A stretch of DNA of 63,650 bases, the filler included, from Rhabdomonas costata (taxonomy: Eukaryota): assembly GCA_019059605.1 (NCBI GenBank). It is 33 parts of 33 records of this genome, joined end to end, with 100 filler letters (N's around TTAATTAATTAA, not from the genome) between each part and the next. Parts side by side here need not be neighbours in the genome. Positions count along the whole stretch, not along the records: positions 36,716 to 38,546 come from JAHMHO010008470.1; positions 38,647 to 40,477 come from JAHMHO010008471.1; positions 40,578 to 42,408 come from JAHMHO010008472.1; positions 42,509 to 44,339 come from JAHMHO010008473.1; positions 44,440 to 46,270 come from JAHMHO010008474.1; positions 46,371 to 48,201 come from JAHMHO010008475.1; positions 48,302 to 50,130 come from JAHMHO010008476.1; positions 50,231 to 52,060 come from JAHMHO010008477.1; 25 more parts are not named here. One strand, given 5' to 3'. The position numbers and the translations under genes are program-made. Below are positions 37,623 through 52,699 of this stretch, in pieces (within the stretch, counting starts at the first letter, position 1; each line of letters opens with the position of its first letter). The notes beneath the pieces are model-generated. The model was not told where the DNA came from and searched no databases. It saw only the letters and a list, made by a program, of their open reading frames with translations.

Positions 37623-40600
37623 CTGCATCTCGGCACACAGAGCCCTACATCATAACACACACAATCCCAGTAGACAGCAGAACGAGGAAGCGAACAAAAA
37701 AACAACATCACGACACGGGAGATGCCGCGGTGAGCTCCACAGGTATAGAGCTTTGCCACATTTAAGGGCTGACAGGCTGTCGGGTGCCATCACACACACA
37801 GAGTCACTGGGAGACGCCATTTGCACATTTAAGAATATAAGGATAGACGTGCTTTATTCCGTTAGAAAAATGACATCCGCGTTTTTGCCAGAGACTTCAC
37901 TACAAGTCACGCCCTTATCAACGGGCCTCGGATCGACCGTTCCGATAGTGCATGAAGAAATTACATGCCATTGAAAGAGCGGCACAGTAAGTAAATGATC
38001 AATGGAGGAGCGGGTGCGATGCCTCAAAAAGGAGCCAAACGCCTCCGCCCAGTTTGGGCTGAGGTGGTTGCGAAGCACCGCCGTGATATCGGCGAACCGC
38101 CCAATCTCGGAGGCGCACTGGCCGGCCTGTTTTCAATTTTCGAGATGGTGTTGCGGATCCATTGGGCATTAGATGAGGGGTCCGCAGTGCAGGCGGAGCG
38201 GACACATAAACAGCGTGTCATAAAACAAACTTTTAAATTTTGTGCCACCTTCGACACAGATCAATGCGAACACTTGCACTTCACAAACAGTGGTGGCCTG
38301 AGGGCCACCCGTCCACAGTGTTCGTGGCATTGAGTGAGCATGTGAGTGAGCACAAGTGCATTCATTTCTTTCCATAAGCAGGGCAGCGTTTAAACGGCTC
38401 CGGCAGCAGAAGCGCCCATCCCGTCCATTGCCCCCCCCCCGATTCCTTTTTGATCGAACCTGAAATCATGAAATGGTTCCATTTTCAGTAAGAAGGGAAG
38501 ACAGAATCGCAACGTGTCGGACAAACTGTGCACATGAAGAGCGCATNNNNNNNNNNNNNNNNNNNNNNNNNNNNNNNNNNNNNNNNNNNNTTAATTAATT
38601 AANNNNNNNNNNNNNNNNNNNNNNNNNNNNNNNNNNNNNNNNNNNNGGTTTTTTGGTGAAAAATTTCTTCCATGCACCATGCGCCAATCCTTTGGCCATC
38701 GACAGTTTCTCACCGAGCTCCCAATTTCATACCGACCTCCTCTTTTATTTGGCTTTCATCCTGCTTGCTTCTCTTCTGGTACTTTGTCCCTTGAAATCTA
38801 CTCTCAGTTATTCTCTTCTCGCTGCCGCGCCCGTTCCACGCGGCTCTCCTGGACGGCATTATCTCCATTACGCTTCCGCATATATAATATAGCCTTGTGA
38901 CTGCCTGGGCGCATGTTGCATGCTACTTCAAGGTAGGGGGCCTTCCAATGGCACCAAAACTCGCCTCAAGTCTCCTGTCATTTCTTCTTGCCATTTGCTC
39001 TTCTCGAGGCTGGAGTCCCTTGCTTCGGGTCGACTTTCTGTACATTCCACATGGTCTCCATCCTTGCTATTCTAATTTCTCCTCTTTCGAATCTGAAAGT
39101 GGACTACTTAGCAACAACTTTTAATTTCAAATTGCCTTCCAGGATTTCCATTTTTCACTTCCTTTGCGTTGATCTCTGCCTGTGGCTGCCTAGATTGCTG
39201 CTTTGGCTCATCCTTGGTCTTACGGGATTTCCATCTGCATTGCTACGCCTTGGATTCCCGCTTGGGTGGGCGCTGCTTTCCGGCGCCTTGGTGTCTCAGC
39301 CCGCACTCTGTATGCTTCTTCTCGTTCATATTCCTTGACCTGATTTTGTAAATGATCTCAGGAATCTCCGCTCACTTTATATCAAAAAATACCTCGGCTA
39401 CTCGTCAAACTGATCTTCCTCAGCACTATCGTGAAAAGCAGCGTCCTCGAGCAAGATCTTCCTCTACACCTGAGATCTGCTCGTTTCTATTTGGAGCTAG
39501 ACGTTTAATCTCTAAATTTTCACTCACTTTCTCATTTACACGTTCAGATCCTTTCATATTTCCTTGCAACTTTTCGAAGGCTACGCCATCGAGAATCAGC
39601 TCTGGTGCCTCTTTTCAACATCTACACTTCTGATCACACTTTACGTATGATTATCTTCCATCTATCATGTGCAATTCAAATTAATGCTGCCTTTCATTAG
39701 CAAATATTCAGATCCAGTAAAGCAAGCTCTGAGCTCAAAATTCGAGTACATTTTATATCTTATTTAGATTTCACGAAACAATCTCTATTGCAAACGTGAT
39801 AAACACGTATTCTGAGCCCTTGCGTATGAGCAAGCTTCCTGCTCCATCCAAAGGCTGCTCCATGCCATGATACATCACGCGTTGTCATTGAATTTGTAAA
39901 AATATCGTGTTTGCGGTGACTTTTCGCTCTTTTCTCTGCTGCATCGCATGACGCACGTCCAACTCTGTCACGGGTTGAACGTCTTGTGGTATACTGGCAA
40001 TTCGTCTCATTTCGCATATTATTGCATCAATTTGAAAAATATCTTGGAGGGTTTTTAAAGAGACTATGCGACACTGAATGCCGTCGTACCGCTCCTGTGC
40101 TCCTGTGGTTGCATCAAAGCATATGTAGCACGTTACCATCACCAACATGCATTCCATCAGTGGTAGGCACTTCACAGTAGCATCAGGAATCAGCGCATTT
40201 TATTTTTCGTGTTATTAGGTGTAGATGCCCAGTAGAATATGCAGTGGCGTATCAAGATTCTCTCTGGTGGCCCCTTTGCACTTGGATCACATCTTGGTCT
40301 CCATCGTAGAGGGGCAATCCTGGTCTGAATAAGAAAAAGACGGAAAATTGAGAGAAGGGAAAGCGCACGTGTTAAGACTGTGAAAAATCCGAAATATTTA
40401 CAACAATTCATTGGTTTAGTTTCCGGTAAAAAGTCAAAGGTTTAAACATGATAAACGCACAAAAAAGACAAAAACCANNNNNNNNNNNNNNNNNNNNNNN
40501 NNNNNNNNNNNNNNNNNNNNNTTAATTAATTAANNNNNNNNNNNNNNNNNNNNNNNNNNNNNNNNNNNNNNNNNNNNGTGGGTTGGTATTTTGCGCCTGC

Positions 40601-40759
40601 CCTTTTTTTTTTTTCGAAAGGCGACATATCTTGGCCATATTCTTTTCCACTGTGCTGGAGAGTTTTGCCTTGCTGCTTTCTGGTGGCAGTATTAAATCGT
40701 AATTCAAGTCTCGAACATTTTCCCGTGTGCAGAGAACGGCAGCCATTGTTTTTTTCCAG

Positions 40760-42345
40760 GTGCAGAAGTATGTCGGCGAAGGCGCTCGAATGGTGCGGGA
40801 GCTCTTTCAAATGGCGCGCTCAAAGAAGGCTTGCATCATCTTCTTCGACGAGGTGTGGCCTTTTCTTGGACGACCTAACTCTGTGTACTCATTCGTCCCT
40901 TTCTCTCCTGGAATTATTTGTCACCGAGACCCTTGCCCACCAAGCCCATTAAAAAGATAAATAGAGGTTGGGGAAGTGGCCCGTGGCCCGACCACCGTTT
41001 TTGCGTTCTGCTTTTGAGAAGGAGGGGGATCAAAACGGTCTCTATCTCTCTCTATCTGAGTGCATCAAACGGCAGCAGCACCAAGGGCGGGCTCCTCGAA
41101 CAAGCGAGGGCAACAACCCATGTCTGAGTATCACTGCAAGTTCTTAAGGTACCTTATTATTTGGTCGTTTACCTGTCTCGCTGGCGCGTTTCAGCTGTCC
41201 GCGCCCCACTCCCTCCCTTCCCAACCATCCTCTCCAAGCACATCTGGCTCTGGGAAGGGTTGCCAATGCTATGAAAGGTTGATGCCATCGGTGGGGCTCG
41301 GCACGACGATGGTGCCGGTGGAGACAACGAAGTGCAGCGCACAATGCTTGAAATTGTGAACCAGCTGGACGGCTTCGATGCTCGGGGGAACATCAAGGTG
41401 CTGATGGCGACCAACCGGCCAGACACCTTGGACCCGGCGCTGACCCGCCCTGGCCGCATGGACCGCAAGGTGCACCACCCCCTTTCATTGTTGGTTGTTT
41501 TCTCTCTTCCGCTTGGAGCAGGGCTAACTTGTTCCTCCGCAATCTCAGCGGGATGAACCGCAATAGCCTTAATGGGGATCAGTGTGCCAAAAATTCGGCG
41601 GGGGTTGAGAGTGAGAGTCCTGGAGAACCGTATGATTACTTGGGTCACCACAAACCGGCCTCCCCGCATGGGGCATTTTCTTTGAAAGCTGCAACGTTTG
41701 ATTTGTAACAAGGGATGATAGATGATGGAAAGACACACACACACACAGACCCTTCTGTTTAGCCCTCTTGCGCTCACCGCTTCTTGTGCAGGAAACGCCC
41801 CGGGACCCACCACTCCTAAAGTTCTGTGCAAATTTCGTTGCTCTTCCATTCCCTCCATTCATAAACCTTGCAGTCCATTCTTCTCCGCTCCTGTTCCGGT
41901 GACTTTGGACACTGGTGAAATTGAACGAGTGCAAAGGAAAGTGAACCAGGGCAAATGTTTTGGCACCATACTGTTCGAGTAATTCTGTTTGAGAAAAGTG
42001 TTGAAGCTTCAGTGTAGGGTGATGTTTTGGTTCAGATAGAGGTGCTTTCCCCACGAATTCCGAATTCTGTGTTGTTCGCTTTTCTTATTAACAAGCCAGA
42101 AGAAGGGGCGCTGAGCGTGTGGGCCATCTTTGCTTTCGTGTTTGCTTTCGGGAACTTAGGTTGAGTTTGGGCTTCCCGACCTGGAGGGCCGCACGCAGAT
42201 CTTCAAGATCCACTGCCGCTCGCTGAGTTGCGAGAAGGACATCCGCTTTGAGCTGCTATCCCGTCTGTGCACGAACTGCACTGGGGCGGACATTCGCTCC
42301 GTGTGCACGGAAGCGGGCATGTACGCCATCCGGGCCCGGCGAAAG
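40760..42345 (+). CDS. PSMC2: 26S proteasome AAA-ATPase regulatory subunit 7 (Rpt1), 3 internal exons
   Basis: Exons 40760-40852, 41278-41469, 42160-42345, all phase 0: [86 protein letters not shown]...|[18 protein letters not shown]...[11 protein letters not shown]. Confidence 0.97.
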
Positions 42346-42766
42346 GTTGTCTGCCTTGGAGCCGGCGCCTTCCTTGCTCTGTTCACACGTCTTCCCCCCA
42401 CCACCCCCNNNNNNNNNNNNNNNNNNNNNNNNNNNNNNNNNNNNNNNNNNNNTTAATTAATTAANNNNNNNNNNNNNNNNNNNNNNNNNNNNNNNNNNNN
42501 NNNNNNNNTTGTGGTTGGTTGCTCAATCTAATTGGTTTCGGCGCGATGAGGACAACAAAGTCTGCTGGCGCTGCTGAGCCCAATCTAAGCCTCAGAACGC
42601 GATGTCCTCTTAACTGCGGGCGATTGACACCCGGCTACCAAAGGAGAAAGAGCATTATGGTAACTCTCTACCACCCTGGCATTTGAAGCGATATTGCGGC
42701 GCTTTCTCCCCACATCCCCGTCGTATGCGTCTTCTATATCCCTTCCTCGTATTGCTGTGTGCTTAG

Positions 42767-44234
<1,468 letters not shown>

Positions 44235-44444
44235 GTGTGTCCTCCTCCTTGTCGGTTTGTGTGGGGGACGAGGGATCTCTCACAGAAACGTATGGGGAGA
44301 GAGTCGGTAATGTGAACCTCTTCAGCGAAACAACCAACANNNNNNNNNNNNNNNNNNNNNNNNNNNNNNNNNNNNNNNNNNNNTTAATTAATTAANNNNN
44401 NNNNNNNNNNNNNNNNNNNNNNNNNNNNNNNNNNNNNNNTGTGG

Positions 44445-44678
44445 GTGGTTAAAAACTCTGAGTTTACGGTATATCCTGCTATATAAGTATAGGAAGGATG
44501 GGAAACGTTAGGACCACAAGAAGGGGAGAGGTGAAACAAGTAGTCTGCACATATGTCACTACTTTGCTTCATGTGCAGACTACTTGTTTCACCTCTCCCC
44601 TTCTTGTGGTCCTAACGTTTCCCATCCTTCCTATACTTATATAGCAGGATATACCGTAAACTCAGAGTTTTTAACCAC
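44445..44678. repeat. Perfect inverted repeat, 108-bp arms and 18-nt loop
   Basis: 44445-44552 is the exact reverse complement of 44571-44678; loop ATGTCACTACTTTGCTTC. Confidence 0.95.
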
Positions 44679-44991
44679 GGCACACCATTGGCATAAATAT
44701 AGGCTAAAAAGACTTCTGTTCGAAATGTCACGTACTAAATTCTCAGTTTTCGTGGTTTCACCAGTCAGTAGACAAAACATTCACAATGAAGTCCCTTCTC
44801 CCTGTCTTAGAGGTGTTTTCGCTTAAGGGCATATAACAAGTGCTGCTGTGTTGCTGTGTGCCAAGATCCGAAGTGAAATCGGGTGGGTGGTGGTGGGTGC
44901 CTTCACAGCACCGGGTCAGACGCCCTGGACTCTTTGCTGGAACACCCCAGGAGCACTTCCAACACCAGAAGCCCGTGAGCCCCCAACATAC

Positions 44992-45700
44992 GTAGGTCGC
45001 GAGCTTGGCCTCTGCAGCAAGGAACCGGCTCTGCGCAAAGTCCACGAAGGCCTCCTTGTATAGCAGGGCGTTCATGTCGTCAGACATCGGAGTGAGGGCG
45101 TTGGGTCCGTTGACCAGGCGGATGTCCAGGAGCTCGTAGACCGCCAAACGGGCATTTGCGGGGAAGGTGCTTGTTTGAACGTAGTCCACAATGTCCATCA
45201 CGAACTGTCGCTCAACCTAGAATCACATGTTTCGATTTCTTTCGGCATTTTGGAGTTCCCGAAGTTGAGAGAGAAGGGTTCCTTCGTTTTGTTCTGAGAA
45301 AGGCATGCGATGCAAAGAACTTTCTGAATGAAGCAAAGAGCAATGCATAATTTGCCGAATATGCTCTCGTGAAACACTAAGAATCTCAGAATTAGCCGGC
45401 ACAATCAATGGCACTGCCAGAAGCTTCCGCTCAAAAGAAGCAAAGGCGCCGTTGGCGATGATTTGACATAGGGACCTGCTCGTAGACGTCCTGGCTGAGC
45501 AGGACGTGGCTGTCCAGGGTAGGGTTGAGGATGGCCAGGGTGGTCGCGATCTCGATCGCTGCGCTGACCACCACAGGGCTGCGCACCGTGGTGGTGCCGG
45601 TGCTGCCCACGACGCAAGGTGCCGTCGCCAGGCCCACCTGACATCGCTCCCGCACCAGCTGCCGCCGCGCCGAGCTCAGCTCGGACAGCAGGCGGGTGAC
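44992..45700 (-). CDS. Degenerate class III nucleotide cyclase-like domain, C-terminal half, 2 exons
   Basis: Exons 45700-45476 and 45216-44992 (phase 0): VGLATAPCVVGSTG...VVVSAAIEIATTLAILNPTLDSHVLLSQDVYEQ|VERQFVMDIVDYV...AVYELL, following GL.TG...VG.IG...VN.A.RL..LN.....IL.S..VYE. Confidence 0.7.
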
Positions 45701-46761
45701 CTGAGAGAATGAGAATGTGTAAGAGAGTTGCTACCATCGTGTGTAGCCATAAACACCGAACTTCGCGGCACAGGGCTTGAAATACCCATCATATGTGTCT
45801 AGATACAGTGGGTTTAAAATGGAGAAGGGGATTTTTCGCAAGCACAATGACATGCCGATTTGTGTGAGGAAGCTATAGTGGAGGGATTAGGGTAGAAAAG
45901 CTGCTCGTTGTGTTTTGCAGATTCCGCATCGCAGAGCACGTGTAGAGCAATGTGTACACAGAGTCACAAACACATAGGGACAAAAATAATAGCGTAAGAA
46001 AAGTCTCGTGTACAGCAAAGGAACTAAGATCGGAGGTAGCTCCTGCGAGGTCCGGTGTCCATATCAGCCCATCCAGCGCCGTAAAATGAAAGGAGCAGGG
46101 GGACTTCGAACCTTGTGCTGGATCAAAAGCGCACAGCGGCAAGCGTTGTAGCAGTGCTGCTGGTCCGTCCTGAGAAGAGAAAGTAAAAAGCAATTGTTGA
46201 AGCTCGAAAGAAAAGGGGGCTTGAATTAATTCTGAAACGCAGTGATCCCTTTCCCTCCTGGTCAATAAACNNNNNNNNNNNNNNNNNNNNNNNNNNNNNN
46301 NNNNNNNNNNNNNNTTAATTAATTAANNNNNNNNNNNNNNNNNNNNNNNNNNNNNNNNNNNNNNNNNNNNGGTTTTGGTTCTTTTTGTTTCAAAAATGTT
46401 CACTCTTGAGAAGGCGGATTCAACAATGCAACAAGTTGCAATGGTCATTCCCCTCTGCGTGTCAATTAGTGACATCCGTTGTGCATGATCGCGGTTTTGT
46501 ATTGGGGACCTCCGCGACGAAGAAGTGGGCACTAAAACAACGGCCACGAAGAGAGCACTGGAGTTAAATAGAGTCGAGAGAGAGAAGAAAGCGTAAAAGT
46601 ACAAACTTTTCCAGTGGGTCCCAACGAAATGCCTTCGCGCACAGAAGGAACACCAGTCCCACCCCTTTTACGAATGCCCAACGACCCCCTTCACATGAAA
46701 CCAAGAAAACGGAATAAACCCTTCGCATTGTCACAATCGCTCACTTTTTCTTCGACCCCTC

Positions 46762-47575
46762 TCACTCAGAGGAGGTGTACAAGAAGTTGAGCTCCAGGGG
46801 TTTGAGATCTGGGTTGGCCTTGAGGAAACCCGGGAAGTCCCACGACGGGCGATCCGTAGAAGCCACTCGGACAGGCTGCCCTCCCTGCTGGAACAGCACA
46901 AAGATGTACCGGTGCACCCCAGCAGGGGGCGCTGGGCCGCGGTGGCTGACTACCTCCTTTCCAGAGGCGGCCGACCCTTCGGGGACAAAGCGGCGGTGGG
47001 AGGAGGCAGGAGAGTTGGGCGAAGGGGGAAGAATGCACGAAAACAAGAATACATCCGACTGCACCACATGACAGCGCTTGAATTCGTTTGAATAGGACTG
47101 GATACTACCAAAACAAGCATTTCAGTGCGAACTCAACTCAAGTGAACTCAGTCAGAGTTCCCCCCACAGCATCCAAAATATGATCCAATGCGGTTGTCAC
47201 TTGACAAGTTGGAAATTGGCTTGACACAGTGGGCGAGGACATTTTCCTCACGAGTGACCTGCCGGAGTATCACAGCCCCCCCAAGAGCTCACACACAGGC
47301 GCACTGCTCGTACCCACGGCATCTGTGACGAGCCAGTGCAGCCAGGGCCCCTTCGCTCCCGGGGTGGAGCCATCTCCTACCCGAGTGGGGGCGTCTGGAT
47401 CGACGTATACCAGCGCGCAAGGACCGTACTCAGGGGGCCACTGCACCACGGGCTGCGTCTGCAGAAAGCGGTCCTTGGACTTCGAGAATTTCTCCGCCCC
47501 ATTGATAGCTGTGGGCCCGAACCTAACGGAGAGCTTCTTCAGGGAGGCAGGAATGCCCACCTTAGAAAGGTATAT
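46762..47575 (-). CDS. Phosphatidylethanolamine-binding protein (PEBP/RKIP family), last 2 exons
   Basis: Exons ~47575-47314 and 46976-46762 (stop): ALVYVDPDAP...PWLHWLVTDAVG|SAASGKEVVSHRGPAPPAGVHRYIFVLFQQ...DRPSWDF. DPDAP, HW and GxHRY motifs intact. Confidence 0.93.
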
Positions 47576-50479
47576 CTGTAACAGCAGCACAAAACGCCTG
47601 GGCTTTGACTCCGACTTGTGAACAGGAAGAGCTCTGCAAACGAAGAAAAGGGAAAGATTACCATTGCATCTTGCATCCTTGGTGGGGAGCAGTGTCAAAA
47701 AGCACTGTACGAAGCAAAGGATAAACGCCTCGTGGGAGTAACATGGAACAGAGTCGCTCGCGAAAGGCTTCGTTTGTGCTGGCCCAGAGTGCGGGCCACC
47801 TGGGGCTCGGCTCTTCACATGACTGTCGCAAAAGCTTCCGCAAAGGGCAACAGGAGGCACCTGGTATCATACCAAAATTACCGACTTATCAAAGGAATGT
47901 CATATTGCCGGAAAAAAGTTCAAAAAAGTCTTCTGCTGAAATCTCAGCGAAAGGTATAGCATGCAATGAAAGCCAGGAACGACCAATCCCATCCCGATCC
48001 ATGACTTCTTCCCAATACACACAGAGCATGGAAAGTACAGAAGTACACACAGTAAAGAAAACCGACCAACCCCACGACAAACACAAATGCTCAGCAGGAA
48101 AGGAGAGTGACCCCTGAATGCCACCGTCCTCCACACTCTTGCTGTTCACCAGCAAGTGTGCTGTTGAAGCCCGAGTAGTGAATGCCTCTCTCAACACACA
48201 ANNNNNNNNNNNNNNNNNNNNNNNNNNNNNNNNNNNNNNNNNNNNTTAATTAATTAANNNNNNNNNNNNNNNNNNNNNNNNNNNNNNNNNNNNNNNNNNN
48301 NTGTTGTGTGGAAAGAAGAGCGGAGTAGTGCGTAAAAGTTACCTGCAGCAGGCATCTAGACTCGCACTACTCCGCTCTTCTTTCCATACAACAGTTCACG
48401 TGTATACAATGTTTCCGGACCCATTTTGCCTGACTTTGGTGTTTGGCAAACGGCAACGTTGCGCAAGGCGCTCTCTGAATGTTTTTCCCAGCAAAACACC
48501 GAAGATGACAAAGTGATACCAAAAAGTATTTTCTACACATCAGAGGTTGGTCGAAGCCCCATGCTGCATTGGGCTTACGAGTCCAAAGCGTCGCTGCACC
48601 ACTCTACGCCAAAAACGAGCAAAAGGGAGAAACGAAGGAGAGAAACATTTTCAATAAAACCGCCATTAGGGCCCGGCGGCCAAGCCGCCACCGCTCCCAT
48701 GTATGCCGGATGAAAATCCATCGGGCATTGCAAAGGAAGGGGGCGGTGTATGAAAGACTATGACATCAAGTTACAAAGGCAGGCGGCTCTCCCACACCTG
48801 CAGGCCCTTCCAGAACAGATGAGAACAAATGCAAGGGCAACGGGTTCTCGAGTTTGGAGGGGTTGCCTTTGAGAAAAGTAAACACACAACGAGGGGGAAA
48901 TCGGGATGCATTACCGGAGAAGCGGTTGCTCACATAAAAACGTCGCTTCTCTCCACTCCCCCTCTCCCCTGCGCTGTGCTGTGAACTCAAAAGACTAACT
49001 TTCCCATTTCTGAAATCCCTAAAGAAAACACCACGCGTGGGCATCGAGTTCAGAGGGGTCTATCCGAGATAAACTAACACAGACCAAGACAAAAAAGAAA
49101 TCGCCAAAGAAAGGCATCGCTTCTAATCCTACTCCCCCCTCTCCGAGCTCAGAGACTGTGCAGACAATCGGCATAACAATCCAGAACAGCACGTTTGCGG
49201 GTAACCAATAGATTACATTGGGTTGTGGGGTGGGTGGGGCTGCGCGGTACGAGCACTGCACACAGAAGGGTGGTAAGCTGATTGGGAGGGGGGCATCATA
49301 ATTAATCTGCCACATATCCAGAAACACATACCGCAATAACAGTCTGTGGCCTTCAAGCTTGCAACTTGATGTAGGAGGCCAGCAATAAGGGGGAAGGGGG
49401 AGCGAGAAAAACACACTCCAATTTGAACAGAAGTGTGTCTGGTGAGTGAGCACAGAATAACATGTCATCCATTAGCAAGTAGAGGAGAAGAGTCACCGTG
49501 GTTCATAGAAGCACGAGACAGGACGGAGGTCATGAATGGAAGCCAGTGCTGCACAGAATGGAGTACAGTAAAACGTGAGTAAAGAAAAAACGCACGCGAA
49601 ACTACACGCACCAAATCCAACTGCAAGATCCGTAACTTGCCTCACCGATAATCTAATATTCCTCCAATTTGAGAATGGCGCGGGCAGAAGGAATATGCCA
49701 GTAATTGAGAAAGGAAGTGGGGTATGCGAACGCTGATGGAGAGGGCAGGAAATCCACGGTTGAAAAAATCAAAGGTAAGGTTGGGGTGGGGTGGAGACAA
49801 AGGCGCACAAGTCCGAGCGCTGAGCATTGCGCATTGCACCGCGAACCAAGCGTTTCCATCAGCAGGTGACTGGTGAGGAGACAAGCACAGGTCCATGGGT
49901 ACGGGCCGCTCAACTGCCCAGCAGGGGAGGAAAGCCAAGGACAACGAAACTACTAGTCACACAGGCGCTCACAGGACGGGACCACCGAGTCACCAAGCTC
50001 CACAAGGTCCACAAGGCGACAACCGAAGCAAAACCAACCGGTGTCGAGCAAAATTATCGCGAGTTGCCAAAAGCTTGCGCACGTCAAAAAGAACACTGTC
50101 TTTATTGACTTTCACAGTGACACCAACACANNNNNNNNNNNNNNNNNNNNNNNNNNNNNNNNNNNNNNNNNNNNTTAATTAATTAANNNNNNNNNNNNNN
50201 NNNNNNNNNNNNNNNNNNNNNNNNNNNNNNGGGGGTGGGGGGAAGGTTTGGTGCGAAAGGCAGCATAGCATCTGCTCAGGCCAAAACCAAACCCTGGGAT
50301 GCTCACCACAGTTGCTACCAAGGGAACGGCAAAACCAGTGTTCGTCGGCTGGTTCGCAGTCAGTTGAGAATGGGATCCTCATTTTTGACCAAGTTCCAAC
50401 GAGCGTGGCCCGCATCCTTTTGATTCCCCTCTTTAACCAAGCCCTGATTAACACCAGCGCACGAGCGAACGAAACAGAC

Positions 50480-51369
50480 CGAAGTCGGGGAACCCCGGGC
50501 TCGAGCTCCCACTTCTCCCAAAGCAGCAGCAGCTCAAGCTGCATCCGCAGAGCCGCGCGGCACGCCGCCCGGGAATGCTCGGGATGCGGGCGAGGGACGT
50601 TCCACAGCGCCATGATGCAGTCCCCAATGAACTGCGTTTGTGTGGAGGAGTTGCGAACTGGAGCCTCTGAACGGCTGAAATAGAGGGCGAGCGTCTTGCG
50701 AGCCACTTTGTACATAATGATTGCAATCGAAGGAATACTACACTACCAAAGAAATCCCCATTGAACTGCGTGTGGGTGGGTGGAAGGGTGGGGAGAGAAC
50801 CCCTCTGCTGAAAAACAGGGCCCGTCTTGCAATATAGAGCTCAGCGCACAAGAAAGCGAGAAGGAAAGACCACAAGCCCGTGGGAAGTGGCGTCATACCT
50901 TGTCCAGCACTCCCCCGGTGTTCACGATCACCCCGCACATCCTTTGCAGGTACTCCGTGGTGACCCGCTTCAGCACGTCCAGCGCCACCTCCTCGCACAG
51001 CGCAGTGAAACCCACAATGTCTGCGGGCGCACAAAAAGGTTCGGCAGCGAAAAACAAAAGGAAAACAAACGGTAAAGGCGAAAAAGATACAGCGGCGTGG
51101 GTGCCATTCTTGTTCACACTAACAATTCGGCAAAGACCGAAAGGGCACAAAGAGAATGGAGTGTGCTGGGAGGAGGAGAGAGGCAGCGGCATGGGAGTCA
51201 TTCTTGTCTCGAATCCATCTAACGCCCACTAGGTGGGGGTGATGCTGACCTGTGAACATCATCGTCACCACATTCCAGTCCATCGCGCCGCTGTCCTGGC
51301 TCAGCGAGCCCTCCATCAGCATCCGCACCACATCCAGAGGCAAGTACTTCGCGAAGGCGCCTAAACCTC
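50480..51369 (-). CDS. Class III adenylate cyclase catalytic domain, 3 internal exons
   Basis: Exons ~51369-51250, 51020-50899, 50631-50480: FAKYLPLDVVRMLM...VTMMFTDIVGFTALCE...GGVLDK|FIGDCIMALWNVP...HSRAACRAALRMQ. Both metal-binding Asp and the ATP-specifying Lys are present. Confidence 0.93.
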
Positions 51370-52415
51370 TGCGCGGAATACCCCCAATCCTCCTTCGAAA
51401 GGGGCGGGGGTCTGACGGGGGCCAAAGGATCCAGACGGACATCTGGGGCTCAACGGCGCGAGAGCATCAACGTTTCTGATTTCAGTCAGAGGTCAGTCAC
51501 CATTTTCAAACGTGACTCAGAGCTCGTTAACCGCCGATTAGCTTGCCCTTGCTTCCCGTGGGAGCAAGTCTTCAGCACTAGCGGATTCATCCCTTACAAT
51601 CCTTGCCCTCCGCCGTATTTCACGACTTTTCTTCATCGCGGAACCGCATGCGCTGGGCTCTGCGAAGCGACAGCTCACAACTAACAGCTTCCCCGGTACC
51701 CACCTAAAAAAAACGCAAAGTTCCCCTTCCCCAACTCAGAACGTCTCCTACGCCCAACTTGTGCACCCCGCACGGGTAGAAGCCCTCTTCTCTTCGGGTA
51801 CATCTGCAGCAAAAACCCTGAAAATGAACACCGCAAATCCTTGCGTTTCAGTACGGAACCCCCGTAGCGCCCGAGCCGCGAACGAGCGGGGGAGAATGAC
51901 CACATGCAGCTATACCTCACTCATATACTCCTTCTGAACCAACATGATATGCGCCATAGCGAGCCAAGAAGCTTCACAGAAGAAGGAGAGAAGCACGAAG
52001 CTCAATTGTGGTGCTCAGATACCGCTCCAGAGCTTTGAAGGACCGCTGGCACCATCAAACNNNNNNNNNNNNNNNNNNNNNNNNNNNNNNNNNNNNNNNN
52101 NNNNTTAATTAATTAANNNNNNNNNNNNNNNNNNNNNNNNNNNNNNNNNNNNNNNNNNNNGTGTTGTTGTATGCGTGGAGTGACCGCATATATCCACCAG
52201 CTGTGGGCATCAGAAGCCTTTTTTAGCGCTGGATCTGCGACCAATCTTCCTTCATCTTCTGCCATTCGTTTTTCACAGCCTCCTACGCAAGATTCCGCAG
52301 CATTTCTTCCATGACGCCAAGCACGGTAGTTGTCTGTGCAAGCTTGGGATACTCCGCATGTGTGTGGTGGTACCTCCCGTGTGTAGAGATGTATAGAGTC
52401 TTTGTAGGCGGTGAC

Positions 52416-52489
52416 TGATGCTGGAGTGGAACGAGTTGTGGTGTGATGCTGGAGTGGAACGAGTTGTGGTGTGATGTTGGAGTGGAACG
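52416..52489 (+). repeat. 28-bp tandem repeat, about 2.6 copies (TGATGCTGGAGTGGAACGAGTTGTGGTG)
   Basis: Units start at 52416, 52444 and 52472. Confidence 0.92.
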
Positions 52490-52699
52490 CACCACTGAGG
52501 CCATTTATGGAGGCTGAATTATAGTCCTGGGATACGGAATGAGTGCCAACACGGAAATAAAATGGGAAGTGATAGGCAGTGGGTTGATCACTAGTGTCTC
52601 GAAGCACTGGTCACGAAGTGGAGCCGTGCGTAGGAGTGAAGACATCTGCGATAGGAAAGCACAAAAGATGAAGGCACCTGATAGAAATGTTCAACATTA

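Noticed and set aside
38647-40477. AT-rich, apparently intronless contig as a decayed transposon (MWNVQ, CYICFD fragments)
   Set aside because: No coherent domain could be assembled; left unannotated.
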